A stretch of DNA of 54,232 nucleotides, taken from the NCBI GenBank assembly GCA_963745235.1, contig CAVUXE010000049.1:1-54232 (forward strand), given 5' to 3'. Shown here in pieces: positions 22,185 through 32,554 of the stretch. Source of the stretch: an uncultured Spirochaetota bacterium. Its GTDB lineage: Bacteria; Spirochaetota; Spirochaetia; SZUA-6; Fen-1364. Positions within the stretch are counted from its first letter, which is position 1. The number at the start of each line of letters is the position of its first letter. Below the pieces are notes generated by a model. It did not search any database. It was given only the letters and a program-made list of their open reading frames with translations, and was not told the DNA's origin. Both the position numbers and the translations under genes were made by a program.

Positions 22185-22294
22185 CATCGTACGTGACAGC
22201 TCGCGGCAGGGCACGCTTGCCGCGTTCCTCTCGCCAGCACGTCCGCCGTTCGTCGACTAGCGGCGAAACCGTCGATACAGCGGGAAAAAAATGC

Positions 22295-22323
22295 TTGCGT
22301 GCTGAATAAAAACCAGCTAAAAT
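22295..22323 (+). promoter_or_regulatory. Sigma70-type promoter upstream of the RRM gene
   Basis: TTGCGT, 17-bp spacer, TAAAAT; leaves a leader of about 90 nt. Confidence 0.55.
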
Positions 22324-22416
22324 CAGCCTGCTTTGGTCACGAGTCCTGCTGCTTTTCGAGCTTGTCCCTACCCGTTCGTGTCCCAAGAATCCCGATTTCT
22401 CGGAAAAGGAGTGTCT

Positions 22417-22723
22417 ATGGCTGTGAATCTGTACGTAGGGAATCTTCCCTACCGGATTGACGAGGATTCCCTGCGTCAATTGTTCACCCCTTACGGGAAT
22501 GTCGAGACGAGCAAGGTCATCAAGGATCGACAGACCGGAAGGTCAAAGGGCTTCGGGTTCATCGAGATGGCCAGCCAGGCCGAGGCGGAGGCGGCGATCA
22601 AGGCCCTGAACGAGACCGCCGCTGGACGGGCGGAACCTGAAGGTGAACTTTGCCAAGCCCAAGGAGCCGCGCAGGGGCGGCTACGACGACACAGTAAGAG
22701 GCTCATTCCCGGGAATCCAGTAA
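22417..22723 (+). CDS. RNA-binding protein (RRM); frameshift near 22620
   Basis: RNP2 NLYVGNL and RNP1 KGFGFIEM. Continues LDGRNLKVNFAKPKE in a shifted frame. AAGGAG RBS. Confidence 0.9.
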
Positions 22724-22768
22724 GGCTGTCCTCCGTGGGGCAGCAGGCTCAGGACGGCCTCTTTTTTT
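22723..22768 (+). terminator. Rho-independent terminator
   Basis: aggctgtcct...aggacggcct hairpin followed by a T-run. Confidence 0.6.
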
Positions 22769-24416
22769 TCCGGCACACGTTCACGACCAGGACAACCAGA
22801 AGCAGAAGCGATCAGGAGCCCGGGGAAACCAGTCGCCAAAGCGCGTGTAGGGGGTGAGTGTTTTCTCCTTGTAGACGGGAACATCGCACCGTCCGCCAGG
22901 CCTGCTCGAAGAACGGCATCCGCGCCCATACCTCTCCCCAGGGGCCGACCACAGCCGAAAGCTCCGCCGTTGGTGGAGCGGACCAGCACCCGGCGGTTCT
23001 CGATGGCCCTGAAACCGGGCGACTGCGAAATGCTGGATCTCGGATGACCAGGTCTTGGACCACGAGTCGTTCGTGATGTTGACCAGCATATCGGCCCCGC
23101 GCAGGATGAACCCCCGGCAGAGGTCGGAGAAAGCGTCCTCGAAGCAGATCGGAGTTCCGAAATGCAGGCTTCCCCCTGCCTGGAGGGGAACGCTGAAGAT
23201 CGTGTAGCGGCTTCCCGCTGACCCACGGGTTCCAGATGCCCACCACGTTACGGAAAAACTTCTGCACGGCTGGGAATTCGAAAAACGGAATGCTTTCCGC
23301 AAAGGGCACCGGATGCATCTTGCCGTACGTGTCGATGACCTTCCCCTGCGGGGAGACGAGGATGGCGGCATTCATGTACTCCCGCTGGTTGTAGTCCACA
23401 ACACCACCCCGCCGAAGAGAATGGGAATACCGGTCGTCTTGAAGAACGGCTCCAGCGGATTGTTCCGGGGGATTGAGACGGTTGTCGCTGTCTACCCACG
23501 CGTTGTTGACGGAGCTTTCACTCCAGACGGCAAGATCCGGTGTGGAGCGCGAAGCGCGAATGCCCTGGAGTGTGAGATCCATATTCGCTTGCACGCTGGC
23601 GACGTTGGCTTTTCCTCCCTCTTCCCAGGGGTTTGAGTTCTGCTGCACGAGGAGGAGGGACGCTTGCGCCGCAGCCGGGATGGGAGTGGCAAGTCGAATG
23701 AGCCCGTAGGTGAGAGCGCACGCAACCAGGAAAGCCCCGAAGACCGCCTGCCGCATGAAAAGGAGCCTGCGCTCAAAGAGGGCGAGCTTCGGCAATCAGC
23801 GCGTTGATAAGCGCCATGAGGAAGGAGAGTCCCCAGACCCCGGTGACGTCGACGAACTGGATGAATGGGAGAAACGCTCCGGCGGGATACCCGACAAGCC
23901 CCCAGGGATAGCCAAGGAAACCGATGGACTTGAAGTACTCGTACACGCACCAGGCTGCGGCAAGCAGGAAGGGACGAAACCGGCCGCCGAGCCTCGAACG
24001 CCCCGCAGGAACGGAAAAAGGAGCGCGTTATACCCCATGTAGCCGAGGACTGTGCCTCCCATCGTCCAGATGGTGTACCCTTGAAAAAACATGAGCCAGT
24101 AGTTGGCGAGAGCGGTGGAGACTCCGCCGAAAATGAGCCCAAGAATGGAGGCGAAACCAAAGGTCGGCGCCCGGGAGACAGCGTAGAAAACCGGGGCAAT
24201 GCACACGAAACCCAGGACGGCGTTTCCCCAGAAGAAGCTCTCATCCGGCGTGAGCCCGAGGAGGCGGATGGTTGCGCCGAAAAACTCGCTCGGGAGCGCC
24301 AGCGGCAGGAGCACGGAGGATGCCAGCACCAGGAGGAGGAGCCGAAGCCTGGGCTCCGCCACGGGACGGGACGCGGGAGTCGGGACGCGGAAGATCACCT
24401 GCCGAGCCATGGCCAT
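22749..24416 (-). CDS. lnt: Apolipoprotein N-acyltransferase (multiple apparent frameshifts; ends approximate)
   Basis: N-terminal TM region, LVQQNSNPW, WSES, YGKMHPVPFAE, PICFEDAF, NITNDSW, RAIENRRVLVRSTNGG and YTRFGDWF across ORFs 23796, 23492, 22812, 22781 and 22681. Confidence 0.88.
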
Positions 24417-24535
24417 CAATTCCAAGTTAGCGCAACGCCCGCGTGTCATCAAGACCGCTGGTCAGCGGCACTCTGCGCGGGGGCGGATGCCGGCGCATCT
24501 GCGGCCCACGGCAACTCACCGCACCGCGGCTCACC

Positions 24536-24564
24536 TTGACATCGATGTCAGCTGATGTTAGATT
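24536..24564 (+). promoter_or_regulatory. Sigma70 promoter of tRNA-Pro
   Basis: TTGACA, 17-bp spacer, TAGATT, with an extended TGn. Confidence 0.75.
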
Positions 24565-24576
24565 TCGGGCCAAAAT

Positions 24577-24651
24577 CGGGCTGTAGCGCAGTTGGTTTAG
24601 CGTACTTGCTTGGGGTGCAAGGGGTCGGCGGTTCAAATCCGCCCAGCCCGA
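24577..24651 (+). tRNA. tRNA-Pro (anticodon GGG); CCA not encoded
   Basis: CGGGCTG/CAGCCCG acceptor stem, anticodon arm CTTGC-TTGGGGT-GCAAG, T arm GGCGG-TTCAAAT-CCGCC. Confidence 0.95.
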
Positions 24652-24679
24652 TTTTCTCATCAGCGACCGGTCAACAGGT

Positions 24680-24845
24680 AAGCGATCTTCGAATCATGAA
24701 CACCCACCGACAACGTGGTCACTGACACGGGACTTGCACGCGGAGTGCGAATGCTACGACCGTTCATGTCCACGCGTGATCTCTGAAACCTGGCTGGCCG
24801 ACATTCCTTCAATCCCCAGGGCCTCGGCCAGGCGTTCCACTACGA
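24680..24845 (-). mobile_element. Degenerate IS256-family transposase relic
   Basis: Minus-strand VERLAEALGIEGMSASQVSEITRG resembles the IS256 'STRKV..L...LGI..LS.SQVS.I' segment, then decays with stops and shifts. Confidence 0.55.
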
Positions 24846-25031
24846 CGATCCCCTCTCCCCCATTTACCACAGCGGCGAGATATTTGCTGCCATCGAAAGC
24901 CTTCATAATCAAGCCTTTTGACTCGTACTTTAAGACATTCCGATTATAACTAAGGATAAAATGGACGTTGTTTATGACGAACCAGACTTTAGTGCTTGAC
25001 CATTCCGGCATTCTTGGATAAGAACTTACCT

Positions 25032-26272
25032 ATGTCCGAAACACTTGCTTTGTTTGGGGGAAAAAAAACCAAAACGACCCCATTCGGCACCGGGCACGGC
25101 TCGGCGCGCGCGAGCTGGCCGAGGTCACCGAGGCGATTCAGAGCGACATGCTGTTTTACGTCTTCGGGGAAAAAGTAAAGACCATGGAAAGCTCGATGAG
25201 GACGATGTACGGCATGAGGTTCTGCAACGGGTGCTCATCGGGAACCGCCGCCGTTCATATCGCCCTTGGAGCCCTGGGGCTTGCTCCAGGCCGCGAGGTG
25301 ATCACATCGGCCATCACCGACATGGGCACCCTCACCGGCGTGCTCTACCAGCTCCTCGTTCCGCGCTTTGCGGACATCGATCCGCGGACATACAACATGG
25401 ACCCGGACAGCGTTGAGGATCTCGTCAACGAGCGCACGGGAGCCATCCTCGTCGTCCACCATGCGGGACTTGCCGCGGACATGGATCGGCTCCTGGCCAT
25501 CGCGCACACCCACAACCTTCCGCTCATCGAAGACTGCGCGCAAGCCCACCGCACGACCTACAAGGGCAGGCTGTGCGGGACCATGGGAGACATATCCTGC
25601 TTCAGCCTGAACCATTTCAAGCACATCACGAGCGGCTCCGGCGGCATGGTCATGACGAAGCGGGAAGACCTCGAGGAAGTCGTGAAACTGTTTGTCGACA
25701 AATGCTATTTTCGGGACGGACGCAAGCGCAATCCCTACTTCCTGGCGCCGAACTACCAGATGACCGAGCTGCAAGGCGCGGTCGCTATCGCCCAACTCGA
25801 AAAGGTCGAATCGATCGTGACGGCGAGAGTCGAGCGGGGAAGGCGTCTTGCGCGTGGCCTGGGCAAAATCCCGGGGATCATGCCGCAGGAGATACCTGAA
25901 CATTCGCCGCACACGTTCTTTCTCTACGTGGTGCGAATCGACCCGAAGATCGTCCACTGCTCACCGAAGGAGTTCACGGACGCGCTTGCCGCGGAAGGGA
26001 TCCCCGCAGAGCCGAACAAGATCACCGGAGGGATGCCGGTGTATCTCTACGACATTTTCCAGCATCAAAGCGCGTTTCCCGGCAGCCGGATGCCGTTCGT
26101 ATCAAAAGAGCTGGGAACGAACGCAAGCTATCCGAAAGGTCTCTGCCCTCGCGCCGAAGAGGCGTTTGAGACAACGTTCAATTTCAACATCACGGAGTTC
26201 TATACGGAGCGCGATATCGATGAAATGGTAGAGGCCACCGCGAAAGTCGCCGCCTACTACCGGGAGAAGTAA
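25032..26272 (+). CDS. DegT/DnrJ/EryC1/StrS PLP-dependent sugar aminotransferase (frameshift near the N-terminus)
   Basis: SSGTAAVH, EDCAQAH, FSLNHFKHITSGSGG, NYQMTELQGA. The N-terminus MSETLALFGG is in another frame. Confidence 0.9.
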
Positions 26273-27316
26273 TGGAGGCGCCTGGCATTGGAATCGTTGG
26301 TCTCGGCGCCGTGTCTGATATTCATGCGGCGGCCATCCGCGCAATCGGGGAGAAACGCCTGGTCGCCTGCTGCTCACGCGACGCCGCAAAAGCCGCTGCG
26401 TTTGCGGCAAAATACGGATGCGTTGCGTATTCTTCGCTGGAAGAGTTTCTTTCCCACCGGGGGCTGGACATCGTCGCAATTACCACTGCCTCAGGCTTTC
26501 ACCTCGAGCCCGGCCTTGCCGCAATTGCCGCGGGAAAGCACCTCGTTATCGAAAAGCCTCTCGAGATCTCCCTTGCGCGATGCGACCAGCTCATAGAGGC
26601 GGCCGAGCGTCGCCGCGTCATCATCGGCGGGATATTCCAGTCGCGCTACCATCCGGTATCGCAGGCAATCAAGGATGCGCTGGACCTCGGACGTTTCGGC
26701 CGTCTCGTGCTCGGCGACGCGTACGTGAAGTGGTTCAGAAACCAGGCCTATTATGACCGGACGGCTCAGCGAGGCACGTGGGCGTACGATGGCGGGGGAG
26801 CCCTCATGAACCAGGGGATCCACGCCGTGGACCTGCTGCAGTGGTACATGGGTCCGGTCAAGTCAGTCCAGGCCTATGCCGCGACCGTCGGCCACGAGCG
26901 CGTGGAAGTCGAAGACAACGCGGTGGTCGCGGTCCGCTTTGAAAACGGCGCATTCGGCGTCATCGAGGGCTCGACCTCCATCTACCCCGGCTATCCCAAA
27001 CGCATCGAGATATCGGGAACCCTGGGAACCGCGATCCTCGAAGAGAATACTCTTCGTGCATGGGAGTTCGCCAAAAAGGACCCACAGGACTCTGCAATGC
27101 TCAAAAAGTATGGCTCGAATGAAGCTCCGTCAGGGGGCGCCGCCGACCCCATGGCAATCAGCTTTTCCGGGCATCAGCGTCAGTACGAAGAGATGATCCG
27201 GTGCATTCGAGCACGGAGGCGCGCCCCTTGTTGACGCTCGCGAGGCACGAAAGTCCGTTGCCATCATCCTCGCCGCCTATCACAGCGCCCGCGTGCACGC
27301 CGAAGTGGAGGTATAG
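26272..27316 (+). CDS. Gfo/Idh/MocA family oxidoreductase (frameshift near the C-terminus)
   Basis: GIVGLG, EKPL, DGGGALMNQGIHAVD. The shifted tail EARKSVAIILAAYHSA ends at TAG 27316. Confidence 0.9.
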
Positions 27317-27322
27317 GAGCTC

Positions 27323-28519
27323 ATGGCGGATTTCACCATCAAAGAAATCGCGGTGCTCCGTGCCCTGTACTCCCTTGAGTCTCCCACACGGACGGCCATC
27401 TCCCGGGCATGCGGCATGAGCCCTGGCCTGACGTCGTCCATCCTTGACGCGCTTCTCAAAAGGGAAGCCATCACCAGAATCGGAAGCTGCACGCCGGCCA
27501 TCGGGCGCCCCTCTCCCGTCTACGGAATCCACCCCCAAGTCGGATTTGCAATTGGCATCGCGTTGGATACTGCTTCGGTGGCCATTGTGGCAGTCGATGC
27601 TTCCAAGACACTCATTGCCAAAGATATTGTCCCTATTGACCTCATGAGCGACGACCCGATACGGAACATCATTCTTCTCTGCGACGAGTTTCTTGCGCGG
27701 AAGAAGCTCACCCCCGACTCGCTCCTCGCCATTGGGCTCGGCCTGCCCGGAACGGTGAATCCACGGACGGGCGTCTGGATTCGGGGGCTCCGTGTGGCGG
27801 GAATCGAACAGGTGAACGTCCGCGGGGCAATCTCGGAATACTATGGGGTTTCAGTCTCAGTCGACGACGTGGCGCGAACCATCGCCACGTATGAAAAGAC
27901 AGTGGGGATCGGACGCAGCCTGAAGGACTTTGTGGTGCTGCACCTCGGCGAAGGCGTCGGTGCGGGCGCGATTGTCGGGGGCAAGCTCTACGGGGGGCAT
28001 CGCGGCCTGTCTGCGGAGATCGGGCATCTCACCGTGGATCCGAACGGTTACCGCTGCATCTGCGGCAACGTGGGATGCCTGGAGACCATCGCATCAACGC
28101 CAGGGATCCACCGGCTTTTCAAGGATCGAATTCGGGAAGTCGGCGAGCAGGCTCTGGCCGGCCACTACCTCGGCAGCGTGGAAGAGCTCTCGATAGCGAA
28201 TATCCTCGAGGCTGCCCGCGCAGGGGACGGCTTCACTCGATCGATCCTGTTCGAAATCGGCTCGTACATCGGGGAGGCGAGCACGAACCTCGTCTTCCTC
28301 TACGATCCGCAGCAGATCATCGTGAGCGGCGCCGGCGCGCTCCTTGGAGAATACCTCATCGACGCAATCCGACAGTCGCTGGCAAAGCGTATTTCTGCCT
28401 CGCTCTATGAGGACTTCGAAGTAGTATTTTCGAGGTATGAGCCCACCCATGAATCCCATGGCGCGGCACTTCTCGCGACGTCGGCCTTCTGGGAGGTGGC
28501 GGCCGACGGAAGGAGGTGA
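27323..28519 (+). CDS. ROK family transcriptional regulator
   Basis: N-terminal HTH with GRP, GEGVGAG, AEIGH, CICGNVGCLE. Confidence 0.92.
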   Translation: MADFTIKEIAVLRALYSLESPTRTAISRACGMSPGLTSSILDALLKREAITRIGSCTPAIGRPSPVYGIHPQVGFAIGIALDTASVAIVAVDASKTLIAKDIVPIDLMSDDPIRNIILLCDEFLARKKLTPDSLLAIGLGLPGTVNPRTGVWIRGLRVAGIEQVNVRGAISEYYGVSVSVDDVARTIATYEKTVGIGRSLKDFVVLHLGEGVGAGAIVGGKLYGGHRGLSAEIGHLTVDPNGYRCICGNVGCLETIASTPGIHRLFKDRIREVGEQALAGHYLGSVEELSIANILEAARAGDGFTRSILFEIGSYIGEASTNLVFLYDPQQIIVSGAGALLGEYLIDAIRQSLAKRISASLYEDFEVVFSRYEPTHESHGAALLATSAFWEVAADGRR

Positions 28520-28610
28520 GACGCACAGGTAATGGTCCCTCAGAGTCTTTCATGAAAAGCGCAGCCAGCCGCCCTGAGGAGGACGGACAACGTGGCTAAG
28601 GAGGGTATCT

Positions 28611-29916
28611 ATGGCAAAGCACCTGCTCTTTTTTTTCGTTGTCTTGACGATTCCCATGCTTGCGTTCGCCGGTGGAGCACAGGAGAAACAGGCGGCAGGA
28701 CCGGTGACGCTGACTCTCTGGTTCCCCGCGGGAGAGATCACGTCGGACACGCTTCCGTTCCGCAGCGGCACGGATCCCTTCGCGGAGTTCGAAGCGCAGA
28801 ACAACTGCAAGATCAACCTCGTTCCCGTGGACTACGACACGATGAGGCAGAAAATCCTCACCGCCCTTGCGGGCGGCAAGGCACCTGACCTCGGCTTCGT
28901 CGACGATTCCTGGATCGGCGTTTATATCTCGGACGGCTCGATTGTCCAGATCCCCGACGCCGATGCCAAGGCCTGGCTCTCCGCTGTTTCCCCCGAAATT
29001 GTGGCGCTCTCTGACACCGGCGGCGGAAAGATGTACGGGTACCCGTCGTGGGGAATCGACGCGTACGCGCTCACCTGGAACAAAGATGTCTTCCAGGAGG
29101 TGGGGCTCGACCCGAATACTCCGCCCAAGTATTGGCAGGACTTCCGGGATGACTCGAAAAAGACGGCAATCGCGAACCCCGACGGCACGATGAAGCGGGT
29201 CGGATACGCCATCCGCCACCTTGGCGAACCGGCGGGGATCGTGGACAAGTGGGACTGGCTCATCGAAGGGGCGGGCGGAAAGCTCAACACGGACCCGACC
29301 GCGCTCAAAGGCGGAAGCGTCCTGCTGGACACCCCTGACATGGTTGCCGGCTTCCAGATGGCCCATGACATGGTCTGGGTCGACAAGTCCACCAGCCTGA
29401 ACTTCCCCGATCCCCGTGACGCGTTCCTGAAGGGAATCGCCGCGTTCCAGATCAGCGAGCTCGTGAGCATACAGACCCGCCAGCCCAAGGAGGCGCCGAC
29501 GCTGAATTGGGGATTCGCGCCTGCTCCCGCGAAGGCGCCCGGGCAGCAGCCCTTCGGTCCACATTTCCGCGTGGGACACAGTCGTGTTCTCCCAGTCGGC
29601 CAGCAGGAGTCTCGCCCTGAAGGCGATACAGTGGTACAACAACGTCGACAATGACTACGCGCAAGCGAAGCAGTACAATTCCACACCGCGCTATCTCGCG
29701 AACTGGAACAAGGCGCCCTTCACAACCGATGCGATGGCGCAGCAGTTCAAGTCACTGCTTCCCTACGGGCACCCGTATCCGTTGACTCTTTCGTTGAGCC
29801 ATATCATGGATGGGACCGGCACGGCGATCCAGAAGATTCTCCACAACGAGGAGCCCGTCGAGCAGGCGCTCAAGGAAGCGCAGGACAACGGCAACGCTGC
29901 GCTGCGGCAGCAGTAG
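28611..29916 (+). CDS. Carbohydrate ABC transporter substrate-binding protein (frameshift near 29570)
   Basis: LAFAGGAQE signal, LAGGKAPDL, WNKDVFQEVGLDP. The C-terminus is in ORF 29584..29916. Confidence 0.88.
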
Positions 29917-29976
29917 CACGCAATTGGCGAAGAGGGCGTCGCGGGACGCGATGCCCTCTCCGTTTGAGGATATCAA

Positions 29977-30870
29977 ATGGGTGGACTGCTGGCTCGCGCA
30001 AGACGTGAAAAATGGATATATGCCTACGCCTTCGTCGCGCCGATTGTGGTGGTTTTCGGTCTGTTCAGGATCTTCCCCTCGATCGAAACCCTCGTTTTCA
30101 GCTTCTATAACGTCAATGTCGTAACGAAGAAATTCGTCCCGGTGGGGCTCAGGAACTTCACGGGCCTCCTGCAGGACCAGTCGTTCCTCCTGGCCATGAA
30201 AAATACTTTCATCTTCGCCGTTGCCATCGTCGTGGTCGCCACTGTGCTGGGGCTGGTGCTCGCATCGATGTTCAACTCCAGAATCCGATTCGCGCCGCTC
30301 TTCCGCGCGGTCTACTTCGCTCCGTATGTCACGAGCACTGTAGCGGCGGCGGTCGTGTGGAGCTTCCTTTACGATCCCACCTTCGGGCTTTTCAACTATC
30401 TGCTCACAATGGTGGGCCTCCCGCCCCGCGGCTGGATAGCGTCCACCAAGGACGCGCTTTCAAGCGTGATCATCTTCAGCATCTGGAAGACGATCGGCTA
30501 CAACATCGTGATCTACATCGCGAGCCTCCAGAACATTCCCGATATCTACTACGAGGCCGCGACCATTGACGGGGCGGGAGCGCTCAAGAAGTTCTTCAAG
30601 ATCACCATGCCGCTCCTCGCCTCCACGACGCTCTTCATCGTCATCTACAATACGATCCTGGCTCTTCAGGCATTCGATCAGGTCTTCGTTCTCACCGCCG
30701 GCGGCCCGGCGGACGCGAGCACTGTAGTAGTGCTTCAGATTTACAAGCAGGCTTTCCTCAACTATCAGTTCGGCTACGCTTCGGCAATGGCCTTCGTGCT
30801 CTTCCTCTTCCTCATTGTCGTTACGGTGCTGCAGTTCAGGGTCGGGCGGAGGTGGGAGGTGGAAGAATGA
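29977..30870 (+). CDS. Carbohydrate ABC transporter permease 1
   Basis: YYEAATIDGA (EAA motif), FGYASA. Confidence 0.93.
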   Translation: MGGLLARARREKWIYAYAFVAPIVVVFGLFRIFPSIETLVFSFYNVNVVTKKFVPVGLRNFTGLLQDQSFLLAMKNTFIFAVAIVVVATVLGLVLASMFNSRIRFAPLFRAVYFAPYVTSTVAAAVVWSFLYDPTFGLFNYLLTMVGLPPRGWIASTKDALSSVIIFSIWKTIGYNIVIYIASLQNIPDIYYEAATIDGAGALKKFFKITMPLLASTTLFIVIYNTILALQAFDQVFVLTAGGPADASTVVVLQIYKQAFLNYQFGYASAMAFVLFLFLIVVTVLQFRVGRRWEVEE

Positions 30871-31739
30871 GCGAAGGCGTCAATCGAGCCGTCAGCGCGA
30901 CCGCTGCCTTGGAAAAAAGCGGGCGTGTCCTCGGCCGCGCCGTGATGTATATCGTGCTCATCGCCCTCGGGCTTCTCATGATTCTGCCTTTCTACTGGAT
31001 GATCGTGGAATCGTTCCAGAGCCCGCAGAATCTTGTCGCATTCCCGCCCAAGTGGCTTCCCCACCCTGCCGTCACTCAGCATTACATCGACGCGATGAAG
31101 CAGGCCCCGTTCCTCGTCTACTACCGCAACAGCATTGCCGTGGCTGCGGTATCGGTCGGGCTTTCGATCGTGTTCGGGCTCTTTGCGGGATATGCCTTCG
31201 CCATGTACCGCTTTCCGTTGAAGAATGTCCTCTTCATCCTCATTTTGAGCACGCTCATGGTTCCCATCCAGGTGACCTCCGTAGCGCTGTACATTCTGAT
31301 GGCGCAATTCAGGTGGGTCGATACGTTCATGGGAATCCTTGCCCCGAACCTCGCAAGCGCGTTCAGCGTCTTCTTCCTGACACAAACGATCCGCGGCATG
31401 CCCAAATCCCTCATCGACGCGTCAAGGATCGACGGAGCGGGGGAAGTGCGGATCGTGGTCACCATCGTCGCCCCACTTATCAAGGGAGTCGTCGCGACCG
31501 TTGCGCTCATTCTTTTCATCGGCTCGTGGAACGACTTCCTGTGGCCCGTCATTGTCATCAACTCGCAGCGCCTCCGAACGATACCGGTCGGCATCGCATT
31601 CTTCAAAGATCCCTATCACATCTCGTTCGGTCCGCTCATGGCGGCCACCTCGATCGCCACTCTGCCGATGATCGGCATCTACCTTTTCGTGCAGCGCTAT
31701 ATCATCAAGGGGATTGCCGCCACCGGGGTCAAATACTGA
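30867..31739 (+). CDS. Carbohydrate ABC transporter permease 2
   Basis: IDASRIDGA, WNDFLWP, QRYIIKG. ATGA overlap with permease 1. Confidence 0.93.
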   Translation: MSEGVNRAVSATAALEKSGRVLGRAVMYIVLIALGLLMILPFYWMIVESFQSPQNLVAFPPKWLPHPAVTQHYIDAMKQAPFLVYYRNSIAVAAVSVGLSIVFGLFAGYAFAMYRFPLKNVLFILILSTLMVPIQVTSVALYILMAQFRWVDTFMGILAPNLASAFSVFFLTQTIRGMPKSLIDASRIDGAGEVRIVVTIVAPLIKGVVATVALILFIGSWNDFLWPVIVINSQRLRTIPVGIAFFKDPYHISFGPLMAATSIATLPMIGIYLFVQRYIIKGIAATGVKY

Positions 31740-32554
31740 TGCGAAGATCGGCCGTGCTCGCCATTGTCCTGGCCGTGCTCGCCGTCGCGGCCGCGGGACT
31801 GGCCTTTCTCTGGGCGCGCGCGCCGGCAGCCTTATCCTTCGAGGTTCGCGACGCGGCGTCAAAATCCTCGGTATGGGATTCAACCGTCAGATTGCAGAAT
31901 CGCGTGATACGGGGTTTTTACTCCACCTCATACCGCTTTACCCATCTTCGTCCCGGCACTTTCGACCTCACGGTCAGCGCGCCGCACTATGAACCGGCCA
32001 GCGTGCGCGTCCGCATTCGAACCGGTCGGACCAACACAATTGCGCCGATCTCCCTCGTCGGGTATGAGATCCCCGATTTCTCGCGGCTCACGGTGGCTGC
32101 CAAGAGGGGAGCGCGGGGGCTCGAGCTCCAGATGACCGCCGTGGATACAGCCGGAGATCTTATCAAGGTGTTCCCTTGCATCGATGTGAGAATCGCGGTC
32201 CGGGTCTCCGTCCAGCTCAAAGGAGGCGCTCCGGCCCTCACTCCCAGCAAGGAAGGCGCCGAACGCGGAACAAGGCTTTTCCAAGGAAAAGTGGACTGGA
32301 CCTGGAACCCTGCCGCAGATGCCGTGTATCGATATGATGCTGTCGTTCCTGGCATTCCCCCAGATGCTGGCCCGTACGTCGTCGTGGATTACGTCGTTCT
32401 CATCCCGGACCCCCGGAAAATCTCGTCCCAGGAGGTCGACGCCCTCACGAGCGAGCTCTTGCAGATCAACGACGCACGCGCTTTAGGCGTCTCCTTGAGG
32501 CCGTACATGAACAAAGTTAAGATGGAAAGCGGCTCTTTATGGAATATTCGGTGA
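31739..32554 (+). CDS. Membrane-anchored exported protein with a carboxypeptidase-regulatory-like beta-sandwich
   Basis: MRRSAVLAIVLAVLAVAAAGLAFLW anchor, HLRPGTFDLTVSAPHYEP. TGATG overlap with the upstream gene. Confidence 0.65.
   Translation: MRRSAVLAIVLAVLAVAAAGLAFLWARAPAALSFEVRDAASKSSVWDSTVRLQNRVIRGFYSTSYRFTHLRPGTFDLTVSAPHYEPASVRVRIRTGRTNTIAPISLVGYEIPDFSRLTVAAKRGARGLELQMTAVDTAGDLIKVFPCIDVRIAVRVSVQLKGGAPALTPSKEGAERGTRLFQGKVDWTWNPAADAVYRYDAVVPGIPPDAGPYVVVDYVVLIPDPRKISSQEVDALTSELLQINDARALGVSLRPYMNKVKMESGSLWNIR

Noticed and set aside
19742-24416. argD, argG and lnt as pseudogenes or programmed frameshifts
   Set aside because: The indels are scattered, motifs are intact and lnt is normally essential in diderms, so sequencing error is more parsimonious.
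24850-25031. ROK operator upstream of the DegT operon
   Set aside because: The region is AT-rich with promoter-like hexamers, but I found no convincing palindrome.
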